This document shows, piece after piece, positions 1 through 7,182 of a stretch of DNA of 10,279 nt (the first letter of the stretch is position 1; each line of letters begins with the position of its first letter). Both the position numbers and the translations under genes were made by a program. The DNA is taken from assembly GCA_043732305.1 (NCBI GenBank), contig JAYTHU010000175.1:1-10279 (forward strand), in the 5' to 3' direction. The notes below the pieces were generated by a model. The model was not told the DNA's origin. It saw nothing but the letters and a program-made list of their open reading frames with translations, and ran no database searches. The DNA comes from Oligoflexia bacterium (lineage in GTDB: Bacteria; Bdellovibrionota; Bdellovibrionia; JABDDW01).

Positions 1-230
1 GTCCTTTCGTGTCTGTTTCATTAGTCTTTGTAACCTTATGAAATCAGATATGTTTGGACCTCTCAACTCTTAAACTTCAACTATCCCTGGGGCATGGCCT
101 AAAGCAGGAATAGAATTAATTTAAACACAATTAGAAAAATTATTTTCTTAACTTCTTTAGAATATGACTTTTGTTTAGTTCTATTTCCTGGCACAAAGCC
201 TAGAAAATCCAGATGGTCCGACATTTTTAT

Positions 231-257
231 TAATCTGAGATAGATTTGGTCCGATCA
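231..257 (+). promoter_or_regulatory. Possible sigma28 (FliA)-type promoter of the methyltransferase-cyclase operon
   Basis: TAAT-N15-TCCGATCA versus consensus TAAA-N15-GCCGATAA. Spacing is correct with three mismatches, ending 30 nt before ATG 288. Confidence 0.3.
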
Positions 258-287
258 ATATATTGGGATAACCCTGGGGAGAACTTT

Positions 288-1721
288 ATGAGTAAAACAA
301 AAATTGGATTGTCAGCATTAGATATGTCTCAAAAAGATAGTAGTAGAGAGCGGGTAGTGCGACAAATACGATTTGATTTGGCCGGGGATTTCGCCTTCGT
401 TAAAATTCAAGATAGATTGATTGAGATTTTCGATTGTAGTCCGTTTGGATTGGCTTTACTTTCCGGTGATCCACTAGGTTTACTGGAAAAAGAAACAGAG
501 ATAGAGCTTTTCTATAAAAAAATCTCTATCAATGTTGTAAGAATCAAGAAAATTAGGCACGAGAGTGTGGCAAATGGGATGTTCAAAATTGCTTGTGAAG
601 TCGTTGGGGAACCAATTGATATGGAAAAAATCAAAGCCGTTCAAAAAGCGAATTTGGTAATTTCTCAGCATTTGGCAGATTCTCAAGCTTCTGTATTTCT
701 ACCCGAACAATTCAAAAAGATCGTATATGAAATGCAAGACTGGCTGTTGGCTTTAAAAAGTAACGTTAACACGATCGAGACAAATCAAGATTTTAACCGA
801 GCTTCAGATATTAATATTTATGAAAATACGGTCGCAAACATAATAGGAAACTACATCGTGAAGACTTTTGAACCAGTTTACGCAGAGCTGGAAAAATCGT
901 TGACCGGTATCAATAAGGAACAACTACTTTATGCTTTTGAATTTTTTAGAATAAAAATGAAAGAATTACTACAGGAAGCTCCATTCCACAACCGAGCTTT
1001 CAATAAACCCCTCGGTTATGCTGGCGACTTCCAGATGATGAATCAAATATATACAAATGAGGGGTTAGGGAAGACCTTATTCTCTAAATGCTTGCATCTC
1101 TATTTTATATCAGCACCAGAATCACGTGCAGTGCGAAACCGCGCCGACTACCTTTGTGGACAGATCCTTGAATCCTTAAAAAGAAAAAGAGATAAAATAA
1201 AAATTCTTTCGGTGGCCTCTGGACCAGCAATGGAAATTCAAAAAGTCATTAAAAATCACTCCAATCTAGTTGATAAAATTGAGGTCCATCTCCTCGATCA
1301 AGACTTGGAATCGCTTCAGTATGCTCAGAGAATGATAAAAAACTTAGAGCGCGAAACAAACACACAAATCGAATTGAAGTTATTGAACCAATCCATCAAA
1401 AGAGTTATTGCTGGGGGATTACAACATAAAGACTACGATCTGATTTATTCTGCCGGACTATTCGATTATTTTTCGGATCCCGTTGCCCAGGTGGCTGGAC
1501 AAAGATTGTTTGAAGCGCTTGCAGACAAGGGGAAATTAATCATTGGAAATTTTAGCACATCAAGCCCAGGTAAAATTACAATGGATATTGCGTTAGACTG
1601 GCATCTGATTTATCGCTCAATGGATGAACTTACTCACCTGTTTAGTCACACCGCGGATAATTTTAAAATTGAGCACGAGCCTGAAGGAATTAATTTATTT
1701 TGCCATTTAGATAAGGTCTGA
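288..1721 (+). CDS. Class I SAM-dependent methyltransferase, PhcB-like (3-hydroxy fatty acid methyl ester signal synthase family), with PilZ-like N-terminal region
   Basis: SAM-binding motif ILSVASGPAMEI, LLDQD strand and YDLIYSAGLFDYF. The KPLGYAGDFQMM motif (from 1005) and SRAVRNR are ones I recognise from PhcB-like proteins. The N-terminus has an Arg cluster plus DCSPFG (DxSxxG). ATG 288, preceded by GGGGAGA (276-282), is preferred over TTG 246. The methyltransferase call is strong; the PhcB-like assignment is from motif recall. Confidence 0.85.
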   Translation: MSKTKIGLSALDMSQKDSSRERVVRQIRFDLAGDFAFVKIQDRLIEIFDCSPFGLALLSGDPLGLLEKETEIELFYKKISINVVRIKKIRHESVANGMFKIACEVVGEPIDMEKIKAVQKANLVISQHLADSQASVFLPEQFKKIVYEMQDWLLALKSNVNTIETNQDFNRASDINIYENTVANIIGNYIVKTFEPVYAELEKSLTGINKEQLLYAFEFFRIKMKELLQEAPFHNRAFNKPLGYAGDFQMMNQIYTNEGLGKTLFSKCLHLYFISAPESRAVRNRADYLCGQILESLKRKRDKIKILSVASGPAMEIQKVIKNHSNLVDKIEVHLLDQDLESLQYAQRMIKNLERETNTQIELKLLNQSIKRVIAGGLQHKDYDLIYSAGLFDYFSDPVAQVAGQRLFEALADKGKLIIGNFSTSSPGKITMDIALDWHLIYRSMDELTHLFSHTADNFKIEHEPEGINLFCHLDKV

Positions 1722-1724
1722 CGA

Positions 1725-3182
1725 TTGCAGCTTTCCGAAATTACAACTGCAGAAGTTCAATCAGAAAGAAATAGCGAAAAAATCGTAGAGTATCGTCTTG
1801 CAATAGCTACTTCAGCGCAGAAACTAGTTGGACCACTTTTCCCAGTCTTTTGGTTAATTGATATTTTCTATGTCCCTGAAAAGAAAATAAAATTCCTTAT
1901 CCTAAGAATTTTCGTTATGACATATTGTTTCAGCTTGGCTTTCTTAGCAAAAAAGATAAAAGATAATATCCACTCGCTAGAGTTCGCCGCGCTCGCTTTA
2001 GTTTTTCTTCCATCCTTAATTATTACTTACATGGTTGCGGAATCTGGAGGAATTTCATCTTCTTACTATGCTGGGTTGAACCTGATTGCCGCGGGCGCAA
2101 TCTGTTTCTTTCCCTGGTCGAATCTACTAAAAATAGTTGTTCTTTTTTGTATTTATCTTCCCTATTTATGTCTGCCATTTTTGATCAGATTTGAATATCT
2201 GGACTTCGTTGGATTTGTAGTCAATTCATTCTTTATCATGGGAACAATAGTAGTCTCTATTGTAATTAGACATGCTTATGAAAAGATAAAATCTGAGGAG
2301 ATTCGAAATAAACTGGAATTAAAAAGAGAAATATTAGGGCGCAATCAAATAATCGAGCTTAAATCTCAAGAAGCCGTCAAGCTTGGAACGCTCACAAAAC
2401 AATTCAGTCCGCAAGTTGTTCATGCTATAAAATCCGGTAAATTAAGCACAATGCAGTCATTGAGCAGAACTAAAATTTGCGCTCTATTTATCGACATAGT
2501 AAATTCAACGGATCGCATTATTCGATTGGATAAAGACGATGTTAGCAATGTGATGTCTCTTTTTATGGAAGATACCATGAAAGTGCTTCTGAAGTATGAC
2601 ATTACTATCGACAAGTTTCTTGGGGATGGTGTTCTTGCCTTTGCGAATGCGCCGCTTGAACGTGCAGATTATGTTCAAAGGGTAGTGGATGCTGCAATAG
2701 AAATAAGAGAAAGAATTGTTTTGAATAGAGATAAATATTTAGAACATTGGCTTAGTGAACTTCAAATTAGAATTGGAATTTCCACGGGTTTCGCAAACGT
2801 TGGTTTTTATGGAAGTGAAGATTACTTCAAAAGTTATACAGCTATTGGAAAGGTTATAAATTTAGCTTCTCGATTGTGCGCGACAGCTGAACCTAGCCAA
2901 ATCCTCATAAGTCAGGATGTTGAAAAAGCAATCGCAGATTCGAATTATAATGTAAAGCCGGTTGGTATAAAAAAACTTAAAGGTTTTGAGAATGACATGA
3001 TTACAACTTTTGAAATAATTGGTCACTTAAACACTGATTTAAATAATCATGCCATTCCTATATGTCCAAACGGACACGGAATTCTTCATTTTGACACGAA
3101 CGACAAGGGCATCTATGTCCTTACTTGCAGAAACTGCAATTTCGTTCTCGAAAGTCCCGCACGATTGAAGAAAGTTTCTTAA
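1725..3182 (+). CDS. Membrane-bound class III adenylate/guanylate cyclase (probably adenylate cyclase) with ~5-6 TM N-terminal sensor region and C-terminal Cys/His motif
   Basis: Catalytic motifs LFIDIVNST (Asp1), DKFLGDGV (Lys for ATP specificity, Asp2), IRIGISTG and YTAIGKVINLASRL (Thr, Asn, Arg). Residues ~30-180 are hydrophobic. TTG start lies 3 nt after the upstream stop, with TAAGGT at 1712-1717. Confidence 0.92.
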   Translation: MQLSEITTAEVQSERNSEKIVEYRLAIATSAQKLVGPLFPVFWLIDIFYVPEKKIKFLILRIFVMTYCFSLAFLAKKIKDNIHSLEFAALALVFLPSLIITYMVAESGGISSSYYAGLNLIAAGAICFFPWSNLLKIVVLFCIYLPYLCLPFLIRFEYLDFVGFVVNSFFIMGTIVVSIVIRHAYEKIKSEEIRNKLELKREILGRNQIIELKSQEAVKLGTLTKQFSPQVVHAIKSGKLSTMQSLSRTKICALFIDIVNSTDRIIRLDKDDVSNVMSLFMEDTMKVLLKYDITIDKFLGDGVLAFANAPLERADYVQRVVDAAIEIRERIVLNRDKYLEHWLSELQIRIGISTGFANVGFYGSEDYFKSYTAIGKVINLASRLCATAEPSQILISQDVEKAIADSNYNVKPVGIKKLKGFENDMITTFEIIGHLNTDLNNHAIPICPNGHGILHFDTNDKGIYVLTCRNCNFVLESPARLKKVS

Positions 3183-3194
3183 CGCTAATTAATG

Positions 3195-3219
3195 AAAAGC
3201 ACCGTTGGATCACCGGTGC
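3195..3219 (-). terminator. Putative intrinsic terminator hairpin, possibly bidirectional
   Basis: GCACCGTTG-gat-CACCGGTGC (3199-3219), a 9-bp stem with one mismatch. AAAA at 3195-3198 gives a short U-tract on the - strand. It lies between convergent transcription units. Confidence 0.55.
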
Positions 3220-3244
3220 AGTTAAACGGATTTGTAGCTCAAGA

Positions 3245-3252
3245 GATTTTTA
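3245..3252. repeat. Target-site duplication, left copy (GATTTTTA)
   Basis: Identical to 4616-4623 and directly abuts the inverted repeat. 8-9 bp duplications are typical of IS256. Confidence 0.92.
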
Positions 3253-4615
3253 GAGATTGCCCAGAAGTCCGTTAGGGTTTGAGGAAGGGCGATTGAATAT
3301 TTATGCGACCTGATCGTGATTTTCAAGAAAATAATTTCTTAATTCTTTTTCAAGTTGTGGGATTTGATTAAATCCCTTGATTGTTTTGAACCTCTTTTCT
3401 GCTGCGAGCAGAGTCATTGCTGCCCATCTCGAGACTTGGCTTGGTCCTGATTTCCAATTCTTTATTCGCTTCGATTTATCACTGACCGTTGAGAACGCCG
3501 ACTCAATCGGATTCGTAGAGGCAAGTGTCGCTCGTAATAGCGCTGGGGTTTTGAGTTTGACGACAGTCAATGTCTCCATTTCGGCTTCTTCGAGTGAAGA
3601 AGCTGCGGCTTGATTAATTTTTGAAAGCCAATCGAGAAGCTCGTGATACTCTTTTTTTGCCATTTCGTAATCAACATTGCCGTGAAGCTTTTTCCATTTT
3701 CTGTAAAACTCATCGTGAAAATCTTTGTGCAAGTAACTGATTATATTTCGTTCTTTATGACGAATACATCTTTGAATCGGCACCAGTGCCCCGAAGACTT
3801 TTCTGATCGCCTTCATCAAAGCCTTCGATCCATCAATCACAAATAACGGTGGCATCGCCGTATTGAGACCACGATCAAAAAATGATTGCAGAAGATCTTT
3901 GCACACTTGCGAGTTTTCTGTGTCGCCTTCTCTAAGCCCAATAATCATCTTCTTGCCCTTGGTGGTGATACCCAGCGCTGCTATCACCAGGCGATCGCCG
4001 AACCCAATGCCGTCAATCATGATTGCAATAAACTCATGTCCTGATAAATCTCTTGAATTGATTTCATCAAGTGCTGATTGAGAACTCTTTACGAAGGCTG
4101 CACTCACTGAAGACTTTGACAACCCGGTGCCGCCAGAAACTTCGTCTAAAAGACCGTCATAGTTTCTTGTTGAGACCCCCACGATCATATGCTTCATTAC
4201 TTTTTCACAAAGCAAATCGTAGTCTCTGAGTGCAGAATACGTTGCCAACTGAATCTCTTCACCATCTTCTCGAACGCGTGGCTTCTTCACAGAAATTCTC
4301 TGACCATTCATAACGATGCTGCCATCGTCGCTGCCGCCGCGGTGAAAGTGATCTTTATTCTTGCGACTAAACTTCGGACCGCAGAGTCTTTCGACTTCTT
4401 CATCAAAAAGTTGCATTGCCGTTGCGAGCATCGATCCTCTCATTTGATTCCGAACCATTTCTTGAATCTGACTAAATGTGTCTTTGACTAAAGACAGTTG
4501 AAATTCTTTCGAATTTGACGTTTTCTTCATACGGGACTCCTTTTAGTTGTGCCTCTGGAATTATTCCAGAACTGGAGGCCTTCTTTCAAACCCTAACGCT
4601 TCTCAGGACAATTTC
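3253..4615 (-). mobile_element. Complete IS256-family insertion sequence (1363 bp)
   Basis: Left end GAGATTGCCCAGAAGTCCGTTAGGGTTTGA (3253-3282) versus reverse complement of right end GAAATTGTCCTGAGAAGCGTTAGGGTTTGA (4586-4615). Flanked by identical 8-mers GATTTTTA. Encodes a single DDE transposase. Confidence 0.95.
3301..4530 (-). CDS. IS256-family (Mutator-like) DDE transposase, 409 aa
   Basis: Motifs GVSTR, IMIDG (D), VIDGSKAL (D), QRCIRHKERN (CxxH) and STNPIES (E). AAGGAG RBS upstream of ATG 4530. Frame is uninterrupted. Confidence 0.96.
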   Translation of the reverse strand: MKKTSNSKEFQLSLVKDTFSQIQEMVRNQMRGSMLATAMQLFDEEVERLCGPKFSRKNKDHFHRGGSDDGSIVMNGQRISVKKPRVREDGEEIQLATYSALRDYDLLCEKVMKHMIVGVSTRNYDGLLDEVSGGTGLSKSSVSAAFVKSSQSALDEINSRDLSGHEFIAIMIDGIGFGDRLVIAALGITTKGKKMIIGLREGDTENSQVCKDLLQSFFDRGLNTAMPPLFVIDGSKALMKAIRKVFGALVPIQRCIRHKERNIISYLHKDFHDEFYRKWKKLHGNVDYEMAKKEYHELLDWLSKINQAAASSLEEAEMETLTVVKLKTPALLRATLASTNPIESAFSTVSDKSKRIKNWKSGPSQVSRWAAMTLLAAEKRFKTIKGFNQIPQLEKELRNYFLENHDQVA

Positions 4616-4623
4616 GATTTTTA
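4616..4623. repeat. Target-site duplication, right copy (GATTTTTA)
   Basis: Identical to 3245-3252 and directly abuts the inverted repeat. Confidence 0.92.
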
Positions 4624-4629
4624 CCGGTA

Positions 4630-5466
4630 TCACCGCTTTCGTGCCGTCATCGATAGTCTATTTAACAAAATGCTATTTGAATGTCCAGCTTTGGTCGTCC
4701 CATTAAGCCAATCAACATCCCACAGGAATAGATCGTTCGAATAAATCACTTTAGTGCTCACAACAAACTTAGAGATTCCATTCAATGATTTCACTTGGTA
4801 GGACGTATTGGTCTTCTCGGCAGGGGATTTGTGAATTCCGGAATTTCTTATGCGCTGATAAAAATCAACAGGAAGAGAATGCTTGTGATCTATGATGGGC
4901 TTTCTAGAGTTTTTTAAGGCGTTCGCCGTGACAAGCATAAGAACAAGTTCCCTCTTAGCTGAGCTCAAGGCGTTCGCACGATTGAAACTACATCCCAAGC
5001 CAAAAAGCCACTCGCCATCCTCTAACATCGTGGCGATAAAGCAAAATGCTTTCGCATTCCGAATTTGCAGATCAAAGAATTCAACTTCATTTTCGGATCC
5101 ATAAAACACCGGGCTTTCTAAATTCAGAAAGCACCTCACATAGGCATCTCTTTCCAGCATCTCACAATAGGCGTTTGAAAAAGCAGTCTTGGAAAAAAAA
5201 TGGGAGGCTGAGCCGTTTTGGCCTGAAACTTGGTTTTGCTTCAGAGTTAAATTTTCAACCGCTTCCATCAAACATTTTAATCGCGCTTCATCTGGGTCGA
5301 GGTCAACCCCGTACCCTCTCGCTGTGTAGGTATCAAAACCTATTTCGCAAGAACGATAAAAATAATTTTCATCACCCAGCCTGACTTGCTTCTCGATTGC
5401 AAAGCTGACTTGGCAATTCTTTTTCAAAAGGTAGGCGAGAAAATAATTAGAAAGCGGGCTAGTCAT
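4630..5466 (-). CDS. YcaO-like family protein, compact (278 aa); ATP-dependent peptide backbone-modifying enzyme
   Basis: Three YcaO-type motifs in order: GYG...EARLKCLMEAVEN (cf. GKG...A..EAxER), QNGSAS...AYCEMLERDA (cf. SNGxA...ExxERDA) and GLGCS...ALSSAKREL (cf. GxG...A..RA..E). Its start overlaps the upstream stop by 8 nt (5459-5466). Confidence 0.82.
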   Translation of the reverse strand: MTSPLSNYFLAYLLKKNCQVSFAIEKQVRLGDENYFYRSCEIGFDTYTARGYGVDLDPDEARLKCLMEAVENLTLKQNQVSGQNGSASHFFSKTAFSNAYCEMLERDAYVRCFLNLESPVFYGSENEVEFFDLQIRNAKAFCFIATMLEDGEWLFGLGCSFNRANALSSAKRELVLMLVTANALKNSRKPIIDHKHSLPVDFYQRIRNSGIHKSPAEKTNTSYQVKSLNGISKFVVSTKVIYSNDLFLWDVDWLNGTTKAGHSNSILLNRLSMTARKR

Positions 5467-6940
5467 TTCTCTTGAGTTTGTAAATTTGAAGTCCCCAGTC
5501 GGAGGCTTGCTTTTTATCTAGCTTCACGCGTTTTTCAGTCAGCATATATGTAGGTTCATTTTTAAGCGGAATATACGAAGCCGTTTGAAGAGCCCGTGTT
5601 TCAAAAATACGGTACATATTATTACGTTTAACTTCATCAGTTTCTATGGCGGCTGCAGCCAGCTCCGCACTGGACGCGGGAGAGACCATAAAATGTTGCT
5701 TGTTGAAAATACGCCAAGCGGAATCAGGCTCCATTTCTGAAGCTCCTACGTAAATAAAAATGAGATCATAATTTCCTGCCAAAAAGATCGATTCAAATTT
5801 TGATCGGGGAGAAACGATGTAGTTAATTCTCATGCCCATTGAATTTAATATTTTTTTGATTTTAGCTGTAATTGGAAGATCAAGCTGATCCTCAAAAAGC
5901 ACTACATCCAATGATAACCCATTTGAAGGAGCAGGGGTGCTTGCCAGTAACCCGATAATGCGGTCAATTTCTTTGCTCTCAAGCGCACCCAGGGTCCATT
6001 GCGGACGTAACCCCGTCGCCCGTTTGGGATTGCTCTTATCGCCCTCCCAAAACTTTTCATAAATAGTGTAGAGAAGATATTTTCGGAGTTGATCCGGCAT
6101 GCGCCCTTCCGTATATCTTTTTTTCGAAAAAATCAGCGAGGCATTCATATCGCTACTCGATGTCAAAATAGCATAGTCGTTTAACTTGGCTAAATCTTCA
6201 GGGCCAGAAATCAAAGAAAGAGCCAGCTGGGCAGCATCGTAACTGGAATTCTCTAAAAGCTTAAGATCGCTTGTAGAATACATGCCTCTGTCAATGACCG
6301 CCTCGGCAACATCCATTTCACTGTGATTCCAATAGTAAGGATTTGCAATTAAAGTGATCTGATCATTTGAAAAAGAAGTTACGCGGAATGGACCGGAAGA
6401 TTTTGCAGACCAAGAAAATCCCCCATCGGCAAAGGCGGCTTGATCAACAATGGAAAAATCAACCAACGCCAAGCTCAGTAAAAAACTTTTGGGAAGATTT
6501 TTAAGAGTGAACACAATGGTATCTTCACCCCCAGAATGAATATCCGCTACATACTCAGATAATTCTGTGTGAACCGTGCCATCAGTGATAGCCCGTTTAA
6601 GGGATTTCTCCACCTCATGAACTGTCATTGGAGATCCATCTGACCACTTGAGACCTTTTTTAAGTTTGAATTCCCATCTCTTGCCATCCGAAGATTCTGT
6701 CCAGCTTTCTGCAAGACCAGGGCTAACTGTATCGTGTTGAGCAGGTTCAACGAGGGTGGAATACAAATCCTGTAAAATCGCCCAATCCCCAATACTAAAG
6801 AGCTTGGTAGGGTCAATGTTGTTTTTCGGCCAATGCGGCTGAATGATTTTAACTTTCAACTTATTTTTTTGGGTCGAGTTGTGCATTTTATCAATTCTTG
6901 AAAAGAAGAATGCCCCAGCAGCCAGCAAAATTATTGCCAA
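5459..6940 (-). CDS. Extracellular solute-binding protein family 5 (OppA/DppA-like peptide-binding protein), no adjacent permease; true start uncertain
   Basis: Family 5 signature LYSTLV...PGLAESWTESSDGKRWEFKLKKGLKWSDGSPMTVHEV, plus SSGPFRV and LIANPYYW. Hydrophobic N-terminal segment. TTG 6940 has no clear RBS (see the homopolymer finding). Confidence 0.92.
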   Translation of the reverse strand: MAIILLAAGAFFFSRIDKMHNSTQKNKLKVKIIQPHWPKNNIDPTKLFSIGDWAILQDLYSTLVEPAQHDTVSPGLAESWTESSDGKRWEFKLKKGLKWSDGSPMTVHEVEKSLKRAITDGTVHTELSEYVADIHSGGEDTIVFTLKNLPKSFLLSLALVDFSIVDQAAFADGGFSWSAKSSGPFRVTSFSNDQITLIANPYYWNHSEMDVAEAVIDRGMYSTSDLKLLENSSYDAAQLALSLISGPEDLAKLNDYAILTSSSDMNASLIFSKKRYTEGRMPDQLRKYLLYTIYEKFWEGDKSNPKRATGLRPQWTLGALESKEIDRIIGLLASTPAPSNGLSLDVVLFEDQLDLPITAKIKKILNSMGMRINYIVSPRSKFESIFLAGNYDLIFIYVGASEMEPDSAWRIFNKQHFMVSPASSAELAAAAIETDEVKRNNMYRIFETRALQTASYIPLKNEPTYMLTEKRVKLDKKQASDWGLQIYKLKRND

Positions 6941-6987
6941 AAGTAGGGCGACTATTATTTTTTCAACTCAAATTATTTCAAAGAAAA

Positions 6988-7131
6988 TTATCCGTTGCAA
7001 CGAGTTCCTTGCACTTCATGGTTTGCACTGTCTTTTGCTGAAAGATGGATTATTTTTCCAGCCTTACTTGTCACAGTGAATGACGAAATTAAAGAAGATA
7101 TCATCATCATCGCGTAAAATAAGATTTTCAT
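6988..7131 (-). CDS. Small secreted peptide, 47 aa, candidate RiPP/signal precursor: MKILFYAMMMISSLISSFTVTSKAGKIIHLSAKDSANHEVQGTRCNG
   Basis: Translated by hand; below the ORF-track cutoff. ATG at 7131 preceded by GGAGAACGGGAACTGT; TAA at 6990-6988. MK plus uncharged/hydrophobic stretch and possible S-K-A|G cleavage site. It fills the gap as first gene, co-oriented with the binding protein and YcaO genes. Confidence 0.72.
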   Translation of the reverse strand: MKILFYAMMMISSLISSFTVTSKAGKIIHLSAKDSANHEVQGTRCNG

Positions 7132-7182
7132 ACAGTTCCCGTTCTCCATGGTTTATTTCAATTTAATCGGAGCGCAATATCT

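Noticed and set aside
189..204. TGGCAC as sigma54 -24 box (also on the - strand near 8339-8344)
   Set aside because: No TTGC at the required -12 spacing in either case.
246..287. TTG start at 246 for the methyltransferase
   Set aside because: In-frame ATG 288 has a strong RBS, and the extension overlaps likely promoter sequence.
3377..4491. Several 67-100 aa + strand ORFs inside the IS
   Set aside because: Antisense shadows of the transposase with no motifs or RBS.
4616..4640. Idea that the IS truncated the YcaO gene
   Set aside because: The stop codon (4630-4632) lies outside the element and its target duplication.
4515..5384. Short + strand ORFs (4515-4706, 4547-4744, 4892-5104, 5046-5384)
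   Set aside because: They cross the IS boundary or lie antisense to YcaO; no coding features.
6843..7079. 78-aa + strand ORF as alternative precursor peptide
   Set aside because: Antisense to both the binding-protein start and the better-supported 47-aa ORF; no RBS.
7101..7111. TCATCATCATC microsatellite
   Set aside because: Explained by Met-Met-Met codons of the small peptide; too short to call a contingency repeat.
7132..7149. Upstream in-frame ATG 7149 adding MENGNC to the small peptide
   Set aside because: It lacks an RBS, and its codons contain the RBS for ATG 7131. Not fully excluded.
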